A stretch of 63,040 nt of DNA, the filler included, from Asterionella formosa (Eukaryota): assembly GCA_002256025.1 (NCBI GenBank). It is 4 parts of 4 records of this genome, joined end to end, with 100 filler letters (N's around TTAATTAATTAA, not from the genome) between each part and the next. Parts side by side here need not be neighbours in the genome. Positions count along the whole stretch, not along the records: positions 15,798 to 31,483 come from NKIB01005317.1; positions 31,584 to 47,265 come from NKIB01005323.1; 2 more parts are not named here. One strand, written 5' to 3'. This document shows, piece by piece, positions 23,101-34,352 of this stretch. The notes under the pieces were generated by a model. The model ran no database searches. It saw nothing but the letters and a program-made list of their open reading frames with translations, and was not told the origin of the DNA. A program made the translations under genes and the position numbers. The number at the start of each line of letters is the position of its first letter. Position 1 is the first letter of the stretch.

Positions 23101-25051
23101 ATCCATGGAAGATCATCACTTTTACAACCGAGAACGTCTCTTGGAGCTTGACAAGATGGAGTTTCAAACGTATGCAACGTTGCGAGAAATCGGTCAACTA
23201 CCTCCAATGCAGTACATTAATTCTCAACGAACTCTTTTGCCACCTGAGCTGGCCCAGGAAAAGATTGAGCTCCTTGATGAAGGGTTTGGCACTTGGACTC
23301 GCACTCAGTTCTTCCAGTTCGTGAAATGTCTCTCAAAATTTGGTCGCGATGATTTCCCCGGCATTGCCGCTGACATGGATATGCCTGAACATGTTGTTGC
23401 TGCCTATTCAGTTGCGTTCTGGCAATACGGAGAGATTGAACTTAAGAAAGAAGAATGGGAACGGATCGTTTCTATGATTGAGAGGGGTGAGAAGAAGATT
23501 GCAAAGCAAAAGAAGCTCACAGCTCTCTTGATGAACTTTGTCGAGACTTTTGAGAATCCACGCGAGGAAATGACATTTGCCAACAAGGGAACAACCCATT
23601 TTGCACAGGAACAAGATCGCGCGTTACTTTGTGCCGTTGCCAAGCACGGATACGGAAATTGGGATGAAATTCGAGAAGAAATTTGGAAAGATGACCGTTT
23701 GAAGTTCCAACACTTGGTTCAGGGAATGAACACGGACATGATTGCAAAACGAGTAGATTACCGAATGCGACAAATGGAAAAGGAATGTGAAGCTCGAGAG
23801 AAAGCCGTTAAATCTAGAAAACCTGCAAATGTGCTAGCAGCGGAGAAGGCTCTCGCAACGATTAAAGAAGTAGATGACTGGGAGAGTGAGGCTTCTGCCC
23901 TTCAATTACGAGGGGAAGCGTCACCGCTATTGGAGAAATTGTCCGATGAAGCACGGCAGTCCATAGTGGAAAGGCTTCAAGAACGGCAACCTTGCATTGA
24001 TCGACTTCGTGAGATTGAAATCCAGCTACGTGGATGCATTCAGCTGGCCTTGGAGACCAAGAAAGAGATTATGCGCGGAGCCCAGTATGTGAATTACAGT
24101 AATATCACTCTTAGGGGTGGAAGTAACAATACGAAAGAGAATAAAGACTCCTTGGAAATCACTCGTGGTGCCAATGGTGACGATATTGAGGGTCGAATAA
24201 ATGCTCAGATTCTCAAAACTCCTGAATGTGGTCAATGCTCCTCTTGCAGCGAGCGAACATCACGAAAGCTTTGTTTGCGACGACTCGAAGTGCGCAACAA
24301 ACTTCTTCTTGCCGAAGGCAAGAAGATGGAAGTTGAGCTAAACAAAGGAAACAAGGGACCTTCGCCAGTGCCTATTGCTCCCGCCTCCTCTGCGGCCGTC
24401 AGTGTCGCTAAGAAACGGAAGGCCATCGAAATTGCCCCTCCGAAGAAGGGCACTGGTGTAAAGGCGTTACAATCTGACCCTTCAATAGATCCTGATACGT
24501 CCAAAAGGAAAATTCGTATTACTTCGCAGGGCAACAAAAGAATGTCGATTCCTGACGAAATCCTCCCAGATTTTTGCATGAGAATCGGTGCCTCTGGAAC
24601 ATCAGAGCGCATGAAGGTAATCAACACGTTTGTCGAGGACTATCCAGATGTAAGTGTTCGACAGGTGACATTCAAGTTTTCTGAGATAACTACAAAGGAA
24701 TGTCCACCGGGAATTACTCCTCCGGAGAAGAGGAGTGGTCGTGCATTCCAGTTTTACCTTCGTCCACGTCTTTACCACATTCTTCCAGTTGAGGAGCGAC
24801 CGGCAGATTGGGAACGATTAAAGAAAAACGATGAAATCCTCTGGGCAAAGGAATTGGTGGAAAGGGAAAGGGAGGAGAGGATCAAGGATAAGAAGATTAA
24901 GCAGATGATGTCGTCTAAGTCGAATTCACCTGTTCCGCACGACAATATGGATTCAATCTCCATTTCTGCCTCAGCAGTTTCATCAACAATGGCAGGAGAC
25001 GACACCGAGGAGGAGGGCGAGCCCGAGCCGAAGAAGACTCGTTTTGGTTAG
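20124..25051 (+). CDS. ISWI: ISWI-family chromatin-remodelling ATPase with N-terminal HMG box; exons 20124-20240, 20407-21129, 21225-21704, 21785-25051
   Basis: GT-AG splicing restores [15 protein letters not shown] and [20 protein letters not shown] box; [30 protein letters not shown]-like region; HMG-like [10 protein letters not shown]...MTE|LAARWK. Confidence 0.93.
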
Positions 25052-25993
25052 AATGGGGCCGAAACTTTGAATGGCACAAGAAAGGGAATGGACATGTTTC
25101 TCACCATTACTTACAAAATCTAACTACATTAATGCTGATGTAGACTATACCCAAAACAAAAAGGTTTGCTGAGTTTTTGTTTAATTTTCACCACATGGTT
25201 GAATACATTAGTTATAGGCAATTATGCAAATTTAGAGACATGTTTCAAAGGCCAGCAAGGACCAATAGTTCATTTAACAAGTAGAGCATTGTAGTTGTAC
25301 ATATGTCTGATTTCAAAGAAGCTTTCGTAGATTCTTAAATGTTCAAGAGCAGATGCCGTAAAATCCATTTACTTCAGTTTTCTCATTCCTCACCAACTGC
25401 TCCTCTGGTTTTGCTTTCTTTTTTCCTAGGACAAATTTTGTTCGGGGGGGAGCAGTTGATCTTGCATCTTCACTTCCTTCGTCTCTGAGGAGGCAAACCA
25501 CAACCCAAGTGGGACATGAAGAATAAGGATCAAGAAGAACACCGAGAAGTATGTTAATATCGAATACCATCTATACACGAAAAACAAGATACCGGTATAC
25601 CGTAGTAATAGTGGTGATGTGGTGATCAACAGAAGCAGTGTGAACCCCATCCCAATATATCATACATAGAAAAGGCTCAAAAGTACGTGATGATACCCAA
25701 CATTTTACATACTACCGGTACATGATACGACATGTCACCGTCGCTGAGCATAGGTAATACATACGATACTACATACGGTATATACTATCTACAAGCCCGG
25801 TATCTGAATCCCCGCCAGCAAACATTTTCTGTGTCAATCCCAAGATCCACCCACAGTAAAAGCAAAAGTGAACACATCACAACGCATACCACGACGACGC
25901 AAGCACACTCACGTTTGCACCGCTACGCTACTTTTGCAAACAACTGCTTACGAAAAGCAGTTATAAAAAAGATAAAAAGTTATACAAGACATC

Positions 25994-26827
25994 ATGAAGG
26001 TCCTCCGCTCTAGCATCATGGCTATCATTGCCGCAGCTGGTGCAGTATCTGCTTTCTCCGCCAACAAGTCAAGTCGTTCCTTCCTCACCAGCAGCAGCAA
26101 ATCCATTTTCGCTTCGTCCGCATCCAAACAGAGATTTGTCAAAAATGCGCTTCACAGATCGACGAAACCTGGGCTGTCCATGAATTTGTTCGCCAACCTC
26201 TTTGGTGGTGGTGGTGGTACTTACTCCAACACCATTGATTACACTGCATTAGATTATCCTGGTCCTGAATTGGGAGAAGCCGCCTTGGCAGGAAAAAATA
26301 TCGTCCCCTCCGATCCGACGTTGAACGCTGCCACATTTGCAGGTGGGTGCTTTTGGGGCCTGGAATTGGCCTATCAACGAGTTCCTGGAGTCATGTACAC
26401 TGCTGTGGGGTACACCCAGGGCCCAGAAGCCACTCCCACCTATTCTCAAGTGTGCAGTGGTGCAACTGGACATACCGAAGCTGTGGTGGTATACTACAAT
26501 CCTACCGAATGCAGTTACGATACCCTGTTGGATACCTTTTTTTCTCGTGTCGACCCCACAACAGTGAATGGACAGGGCAATGATCGAGGACTGCAATACC
26601 GGACTGGTGTGTATGTTCATACTCCAGAACAAGAAGCCCTGGCCAAGGCTCGATTCGAACTGGTCAAGGGTCAATACAAGAGGCCCATTGCGACAGAATT
26701 AAAGTCTGCCATGCCATTTTGGCCAGCTGAGAAGTATCATCAACAGTATTTGGAAAAGGGTGGTCGTGGAGGAAATCCACAAAGTGCTGCGAAGGGTGCA
26801 ACTGACACCATTCGATGCTATGGTTGA
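25994..26827 (+). CDS. msrA: Peptide methionine sulfoxide reductase A, plastid-targeted
   Basis: FAGGCFWGLE, GATGHTEAV, QYRTG, AEKYHQQYL, C-terminal IRCYG; signal peptide ending VSA-FS. Confidence 0.95.
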   Translation: MKVLRSSIMAIIAAAGAVSAFSANKSSRSFLTSSSKSIFASSASKQRFVKNALHRSTKPGLSMNLFANLFGGGGGTYSNTIDYTALDYPGPELGEAALAGKNIVPSDPTLNAATFAGGCFWGLELAYQRVPGVMYTAVGYTQGPEATPTYSQVCSGATGHTEAVVVYYNPTECSYDTLLDTFFSRVDPTTVNGQGNDRGLQYRTGVYVHTPEQEALAKARFELVKGQYKRPIATELKSAMPFWPAEKYHQQYLEKGGRGGNPQSAAKGATDTIRCYG

Positions 26828-27064
26828 GAAATCTTGTTGTCGTGAGGTTGGAATTATATTTGTTCCTAAAAATCATAGAGTACCACTATATAATAGGCAC
26901 TTAGTTACCAAGTTTGTTTGCACGAACTTTTAATGCAAACATAAACATGCTGCCCCGTGATATAGGCAATGCGAACAGACCTACTTCTACATGGCAAAAT
27001 AGTAGTGCCACTAACCTGACAAAAGTATACACCTATATTCGTGGCTAATGTGATTTTTAAAAAA

Positions 27065-28073
27065 TTATTTCTTTCCAAAAATAGCTTCTTCAAAGTGTTT
27101 CCACAAAATACTAAACAAAATTCCTTGCAATCCATTGGCCAAAATCTTGGTCTCCAACCCTCTGAACATGAGTCCCGACACCCCACTCTCAGCAATGACA
27201 TTGCGGACGACTTGTCCATAGGAAAGTACATCCTTATGCGACTGCTTGTACACCTTAATGACACGGATACTGTTGCTACAGGTATCACTCACTGCCGACG
27301 AACAAAATCCTAAAATGGCCCGCCGACCCAATTCCATCAATTGCGTATCTTGCTTTGGGATAGTATCTGACAAGTAATTGTAAGTAAAGAACCATGGGTA
27401 GTGTCCGACAAAAGTGGCTGACGCAGCTGCAATGGATCCTTGATACAACGTTGTGGGCCCTCCAACCTTGAGTTTGTCCACCACAGCCCGAAAGGATCCA
27501 GTCACTTGCATAGTGGTTTTGACAGTATCAATTGGCATGAGGAAGATGCGCCACGTTGCTGCAGCTCCCGAGGCAGCCACTGTCTTGACAGCCGCAGGCA
27601 ATTCCCTGGTCGATGCGTAGGAGTCCAACAAGGTCAAGACTCCCGTGTTGGCTGCGGTATCTCCAAATCGTGACAATGGACCCTGCACCAGGGCAGGTAG
27701 GACGCCACGGTAAAATCGAAAGACACCACCGTCGGCGTACAAATGACGAAGAGCGACCGGGAAGGATGTGCCGTTGCGGTATTGGTAGTTGATCTAGCAT
27801 TGACAAAAGTAGAACAAGAATAGGTAAGTGAGAGCTTGTCTGCAGAGGATCCTATGTACCTGCAACTAACTACTACTACTACACCAACAGTGCAGAGTAC
27901 TAATTGATAAGTGGGAAACGTACCGTTGTTCGCATCCACATCAAGCATGCTACATTGGCACCCATGGCTATGGCACCAGCGGTTCCTCCACGGACCGCAG
28001 AAGCTGACGCCTTGGCCAAGATTTCACGAAATGTGGGTGTATGTTCGGGTTCATTACTACCAGTTGGACTCAT
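27065..28073 (-). CDS. Mitochondrial carrier family protein; exons 28073-27924, 27793-27065
   Basis: Splicing gives LMWMRTT|INYQYRNG; carrier signature MPIDTVKTTMQ; RFYRG, LYQG and MFRG repeats. Confidence 0.9.
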
Positions 28074-29010
28074 CGTCGCTGCTTAGGTTGTTTGTTTAGT
28101 TAAATGAATGAGAGAAAGAGAGGAAGAGGAGGCAGGGACTAGTGTGGAGAAGTGTGTCGAAATGGGATGCCGTAGAAGATCAATTTTGGAACTAACATAG
28201 AAATTAACAAGCAATGCTACAGTGTATGTATGGTACAGCCAGCCAATGTGGCGGTGGCTGATAAACACAGCAGGGCAGCTCGATGACGAGGGCCAGGAAA
28301 AAGGACGAAGGAGAACAAAAAGCTCTCGGGCTCTCCTATGTAAATAATTTCTATCACCTTTTATGTGGTACCTGGTACGATGAATACGTATGTGCATTTT
28401 TATCCCGGTATACAATTCCATGTACCGGTAGACTAGTCAACCTGGATATAAAAGGATAATATCTATCATATCCAAAATCCATACTGTTTGTACAGTTGGT
28501 GTCGGCTGATCAATAACTTTTTCTTCCGCGTACTACATACAGTATCTATGATAAGACTGGTGTGCGTACGGAGGTTCCACTTAGTGCATTACATACGGCG
28601 GCTAGTGATGTTATGATGACGACATGTATTCGTACCAGTGTACAGTACCGCTGCTACGTATGGCTTCATATGATAGCTAATGTACGGTATTTTGCTACAT
28701 AACAAATGGCATCATCGCCACTGCGTGAATGATATTCGCTCATGTACCGGTACCACGTACCGTGGCAGGTGATGACATCATTATCTATCACGACAAATTT
28801 TTGGCTTGCTTGCGGCCTTGCTTTATCACAGGTAAAAAATGTAAAGTGGCACTTCCCTACAACGTTAGGACAAGACTACTGGTATCTAGAAGCAGGCTCT
28901 GCACATCAGTCCACTTACCAATAGTATATATATCATTTTTGAACAAGCCAAATAGTACACCGGTAGTTACTGCACCCCGGTACGAAATTACTATTTGAAG
29001 ATAGTATTAG

Positions 29011-31002
29011 CTAGTTGAGCAATTCAATCACTTCGCGGGAGGAAGACGAAGCAAATTTTCTGCATGTAGCATCAGCCATGGAGGCATCCCGGCTCCGCCT
29101 TGATGGGCTTTGTTGTTGCCGTCGCTTCAAACGCTCTAGTAGAGTTTCATCCTCATCTCCTGAGGATTGGCTTTGTTCTTGTGATTCCGGCTCACTAGCA
29201 TTTACCAAATCACGTTGAAATTCTGCTACAGAGACTCGCAGGGAGTGGGAGGTCAAGGGGTCACCATCATCACCCCATGTCAAGTCCACATAGTCATCAC
29301 TGTCCATCGAATCCCGGACTCTTGTCGAAAATTTCGCTTTTGCCCCAGCAATCTTCTCGTTGGACAAGTCGAAACGAATATCAACACTCGTGGATGGCGA
29401 CGAATCACTATTCATGTCTAGAATTGGGCATGCTACTGGCCTTGATGCAGGCTTTGTCTCAAAAACCACTCGTTGATTGGCACCTATCTTTTCCCCCTCG
29501 TGCGATGAATCTGGTGAAAAAATACCAAAGTCTGGAATTGATGGGTCGATTTTCTTCTTTTTTGCTGGCTCTTTTGGCAATGCAATGTTCTGGCCTAACG
29601 ACGTATGCACTGGATTGGGTTCAGTGTTGGTTACCACAGATGAATGTTTTGTAGCAATAGACTCTCCTTGCGTAAACACGTTGTACACTTCCATGGAACT
29701 CTTTGAACCAACTCGACAAACTCGTTCCATTGCATTATCTACAGCAGTATCTAAATCGGCAAGTAAGACCTTGCCCTCTTCCTCGTTCACCCCCTGATAT
29801 GCTTGAAACAAGGCATTTGGAGTTGGGTAGGCTTGTGCAATGGCCAACACTTTCTTGTGCGACAGGGAAGGAATTTGTTTGAGCATTCCACAATAAACAG
29901 CTCGCACCGTGCGTGTCCCTTGTTCTCTATCCAACAAGACTTTCGCTTTGAGCTCTTCATAGGTAATAAACCTCGTTTGATTCAAGGGTGGCACAGGTGC
30001 AGTATCAAAAACCAATTCTTCCAAAGAAACTTTTTTTCTTTTTAGTGGTCGAGGTTGGCAACTAAATGATGGTAAACATGTCGCCGATGAGTCTCCAAAC
30101 GCTGACGGGAAGGCTCGTTGTAGTATCCTTCTGTGAACTAACTTCAGAAACCGAACTGTATCATCCAAATGCTTCGTTTGATGCACTTGAAACCCCAATT
30201 GAACTCGAGTTTCCATCATGGCCATTTTCAAAGTATCCGCTGGACAGTTGGTAACCGCATTCAAGTCCCCCTCTACTAATAGCATAACTTGTGGAACTCC
30301 ACAATGCTGCAATCGAAGTCGTTGTTCCAGATATCGTGTCCCAAATAGCGACGACGCTAAATCGTCCACTTGTTTCCGTTCTACAATGGTCCCTAGCATA
30401 ACTTGTGTCTCTCCTGATGTTGCAATCCACGCCATGTCCCCAATGGGCAAATGTCGCTGCTCGCACGGGACTCCGCTCATTTGCAATTTGGCTTGAACAT
30501 GTTCAGCGCGCTGTTCTCTGCCATCGAGCAGTAATGTTACCTTCCAATTCTTCGTCGGTAAGGCCAGGGATGTGGCAGCAGCTACAGCAGCTTCGTAGTT
30601 TGTTTGTTTGATTGACTTGATGCAGGCAAATGATGGTGCAGTTGGTGGAAGCAGCTGGCGCAATGGTTTGTTCTGTTTCCGACTTTGAGTTAGTAATGGT
30701 CGTTGGGAAATGGGCGAGGATCGCTGTATCGTTTCATTGGGAACCATAACTTTCGCCAGAGTCGGTCCGACGTATTTGAGTGCCAAGGCGTCTTGAAGGG
30801 TGGATATTTGAGTTGGACACTCTCGTAACGATTTCATTGCTCGTTGGATGGAATGTGCAAATTTGGACGACGAGGCGGAGGCCTTTTCGTGACGTTCCTT
30901 TAGCCGCTCCAAAGCATCTTGATTTCCTGTATGCTTGGCCAGTTTTGTGGACGTTGCTGCTTTGGATGATGTATAACAGGACGAGCGGGACGACGACATC
31001 AT
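29011..31002 (-). CDS. MUS81: Crossover-junction endonuclease MUS81
   Basis: N-terminal HhH (LALKYVGPTLAK); ERCC4 domain LLDGRE...LPIGDMAW...VERKQVDDLASS...RYLEQRLRL...LLVEG; C-terminal HhH (MLKQIPSLS, YPTP). Confidence 0.92.
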   Translation of the reverse strand: MMSSSRSSCYTSSKAATSTKLAKHTGNQDALERLKERHEKASASSSKFAHSIQRAMKSLRECPTQISTLQDALALKYVGPTLAKVMVPNETIQRSSPISQRPLLTQSRKQNKPLRQLLPPTAPSFACIKSIKQTNYEAAVAAATSLALPTKNWKVTLLLDGREQRAEHVQAKLQMSGVPCEQRHLPIGDMAWIATSGETQVMLGTIVERKQVDDLASSLFGTRYLEQRLRLQHCGVPQVMLLVEGDLNAVTNCPADTLKMAMMETRVQLGFQVHQTKHLDDTVRFLKLVHRRILQRAFPSAFGDSSATCLPSFSCQPRPLKRKKVSLEELVFDTAPVPPLNQTRFITYEELKAKVLLDREQGTRTVRAVYCGMLKQIPSLSHKKVLAIAQAYPTPNALFQAYQGVNEEEGKVLLADLDTAVDNAMERVCRVGSKSSMEVYNVFTQGESIATKHSSVVTNTEPNPVHTSLGQNIALPKEPAKKKKIDPSIPDFGIFSPDSSHEGEKIGANQRVVFETKPASRPVACPILDMNSDSSPSTSVDIRFDLSNEKIAGAKAKFSTRVRDSMDSDDYVDLTWGDDGDPLTSHSLRVSVAEFQRDLVNASEPESQEQSQSSGDEDETLLERLKRRQQQSPSRRSRDASMADATCRKFASSSSREVIELLN

Positions 31003-31483
31003 GGTGGACTATGCTAGTCTACCGGTACTCTATGTTTAATAGTATAGAGCATTGCCATTTTGTCTACCACCACTGGTATGCAAATGTTTGCATATAGAAT
31101 TAAAAAATAGTATCTTGTTCTGCCTACCGGTACTTATACCGGTATTTGGAAAATGATCCAGCCATCATGCAAGCGGGGAGGATTTTAAAAACCAAAGTAC
31201 CGGTAATATACCGGAAAGCCAAAATGTATGATACGTGTACCGGTAACGAGTAACGGTAGATGACAGTCACGAACAGTAAAACGATATTTACAATCGGCAC
31301 GTTGTTCGTATGTACCGGTAATGAGCATGAACGGGTACAAGTACAATGGTATCATCGCACCAGTACCCTGGTAACCGGTTCACATATTATGTATTTAAGA
31401 ATGCCGGTGGGGGTGCCTGGTTTATCTGCCTTTTTAATGCCATCATTTTTATAGCTCACCATGGCATTATTACAATTTGAGCC

Positions 31484-31583
31484 NNNNNNNNNNNNNNNNN
31501 NNNNNNNNNNNNNNNNNNNNNNNNNNNTTAATTAATTAANNNNNNNNNNNNNNNNNNNNNNNNNNNNNNNNNNNNNNNNNNNN
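31484..31583. other. Artificial contig-joining linker
   Basis: 44N + TTAATTAATTAA (31528-31539) + 44N. Confidence 0.97.
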
Positions 31584-32016
31584 CATCCACTTCAAATAAA
31601 CACTTCTGGGCTGGCGTGGCCACTTCCCGTGTGATTTCCATCTCTGACTCGCTCAATGCTTCCTTAAGATATTCCTTCATAGTAATGACAGCTGTGCCCT
31701 TGCCTGTGTATTGTATGTGCATACCCAGGAAAATGTGCTCTGTTCCTCTGGTGACAGTCATTTTGTCAAAACGCTCCTTGATTTTTTCGATAATTGATGT
31801 CACGACGTCTGGGTCCACATGCGAAATCTTGTTGTCGTCTACATACCACGCAATCGTGTTTTGCTTCCCGTTGATTGTGCAGTTAGCAATGCAAGAGTCG
31901 TAAGGGTTTAACACAAACCCATCTCTTTTAGGGTGTTGTGGAATAAATCATACCATAGTAGGGTAGATTTGACGCACCCATAAATCGCTTTCACTAGCCT
32001 GACGTACAACACTTTG
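31584..32016 (-). mobile_element. Ty1/Copia reverse transcriptase fragment (diatom CoDi-like), frameshifted
   Basis: KVLYVRLVKAIYGCVKSTLLWY, frameshift near 31915, then LNPYDSCIAN...WYVDDNKISH. Confidence 0.92.
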
Positions 32017-32949
32017 TGAATACAAAAACAACATACCAATGAAAACAAGTCGACAGTGTGTGTACGCACAAGCCAAGCAGGTTTGAGGCAACGGACAGTT
32101 CCAACAAGCAAATGACGATACAGATATCAAAGTCTTCTTCCTACGACCAAACAACAATGAAAAGAGCCACTTGCTTTTGCTCTCTTGATGGTATCAAAGA
32201 TGCGGACAAGTTCAATAGTTAATTCAAGTACAGTATGCCAAATGCAGAAATGAGCGAGCGATATGAGAATGAAATGCATTCTAATCAGAATCATTCTATA
32301 ACTATAGATATGTGGACAGTAGTCTGTTACGCACATTTTCTTATCTCTTTCTATGCTTAATCTCAATAGTAGATGCAGTATCATGTGAGAATTGAAAATG
32401 TCAACGAGAACAAGTAGAATGTGTTTGTTTTCGGGTTGATTGGCGAAATTGTCATACTGAACTCGATGAAACAGATTTACTTTGTGCACTGTGTGCGGAA
32501 CCATTATGAGTTCGAATGATTTCTTCTCTCCTGTAAACTCTTAATTGAATGATTAATGAACAAAGGTTCACTGCACAGCATGACGATTACTCGAAGATAT
32601 AATGATCACTTGACCAACAAATTGAAGACGTTATCGCAAACATTCATTCCGCTTGTCATCGCTAGTATTTCGTTGTTATTGCAAAAATCGGAGTGATGAC
32701 GGATGGAAATGATGAGCCAAATTACATTACTTGAACTGGTACTATTATCCTACCAAGAAATTCGAATACAGGAATCAAATAGAAACAATACATATAATAA
32801 TTGAATATATGTAGTCAAAAGGGTTACTATTTAAATTAGAAAGGCATTTATCAAAATTATTAGATGATATAACGAAAAGTTATGATCAGATGATCACAAT
32901 CCTATGATGCATCATGGAAATATGATTGTTTTTATTTGCAGATGTTCTT

Positions 32950-34131
32950 GTTCCTGGGTGTAGGTAGCTGATTGATAAAATCTTTCTTCTGTGATCAGAA
33001 ACCACCTCAAAAACAACTGAAGAATACCCCTTGGACCCTTTAAATATATTCTTCTGGTAGGCAGGACATCAATTCCATCCAATGTGCACACAATTGACTG
33101 TGCCTATACAACCTGGAAGCCCACCAATGGAACTGTAATCATTTAGAATTCGTTGCAGTTGGTCATCATCTTCCTTTTCCTCTTTCAGTAAGTATACATA
33201 TTCATCCTTCTTTTCTGCAAACTCTGAAGTCCAGTGAATGAAAAATTTTCGGTGTACCTCTTTAGAGATGTCAGTTTGAATGTACACATACAAATGGGAA
33301 GCACTGGTTGCTAGTGTGTAGAGAACACCCAGGAGGAGCAACTCAAGGTCCTTGCACAGAAGATTGGTGCAATCTTTCCTGTGTGGATCACATACCAACC
33401 ATTTGATATTGTCATATAAAACAGTTTCAAGAATATGTCGAATGGAAGACGAAAATTTTTGCGAAAGAGTCTTGCTTCCCATGTGTTCATGTAAGATGCG
33501 CTTTTCGTTTGTTAGGAACTCCTTCCACCAACATGACTCTTCCCTTGACACCACAGGTCATTTCTTTCTTTTTCGCTTAGCAGATGTTGTTGGATGGCAA
33601 TTGCTGTTGGATGATGATTGCTGATTTCCTCTTTCAGATTGAGCTTCCGAATGGAACTGAGAAACCAGCTGGCAAGGCTACTGGTAGTTGCCATGACAAC
33701 CATTGTTGCTTCCATGGCTGTACACACTGCTGATAATGTGCCAGGAAGGTTGACGAGTCGTCATGTTACAAATTATCATCATAACAAAAATATCAAAAGT
33801 AAGAATTATTATATTAATAATATTTAATAATAATGACAAGAATACTACAATAGAAGTATCGAAGTATCGAATACTAATGTCATCAGTATATGTGATGACA
33901 ATTATATATTGTTTCCGCCATTCTGATTGGTGGAGACAATCTTTGTTTGCCCAAAGATTAATCTTCAGGAAACTAAGATTGTTCAAGAAAATACGAAGAT
34001 TGGGTCAATATCGGGGATGACCGGGATTTGCGAGTTATTTAGCAGTTAAGGGACCCAAATACGAAGATTAAACGCCCAACAGGTATCCGTTCGACTGAAT
34101 CTTCGTAATTCGTGCACCGTAAGACGGGGCC
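32950..34131 (-). mobile_element. Decayed PIF/Harbinger-type element: transposase fragment plus probable terminus
   Basis: GLPGCIGTVNCVHIGW, then (frameshifted) KGYSSVVFEVVSDHRRKILS...HPGTR; minus-strand end TTA|GGCCCCGTCTTAC at 34134-34119 fits Harbinger-type TAA/TTA target plus GGC-starting TIR. Confidence 0.8.
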
Positions 34132-34352
34132 TAAGTCGAGCTATGACTGTATCTAAGCATAGGCAAAGTGGTCGTTTTGGTGAAATCTAATTTTACCATT
34201 AACCATTTTATTTAGTTGTACATAATGTTTTGATTGAGTTATATCATTTTAATATTTTGGTACAAAGGACCTCGCATTGCGTAACTGCGGGGCCGCAACC
34301 TGAAATAAACCCATGTCTTCGATGGACTCTAAACTCTTACAAACTCTCTTGA

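Noticed and set aside
21802..25005. Antisense ORFs over ISWI (and similar ones over other genes)
   Set aside because: Shadow frames of real coding sequence with no independent motifs.
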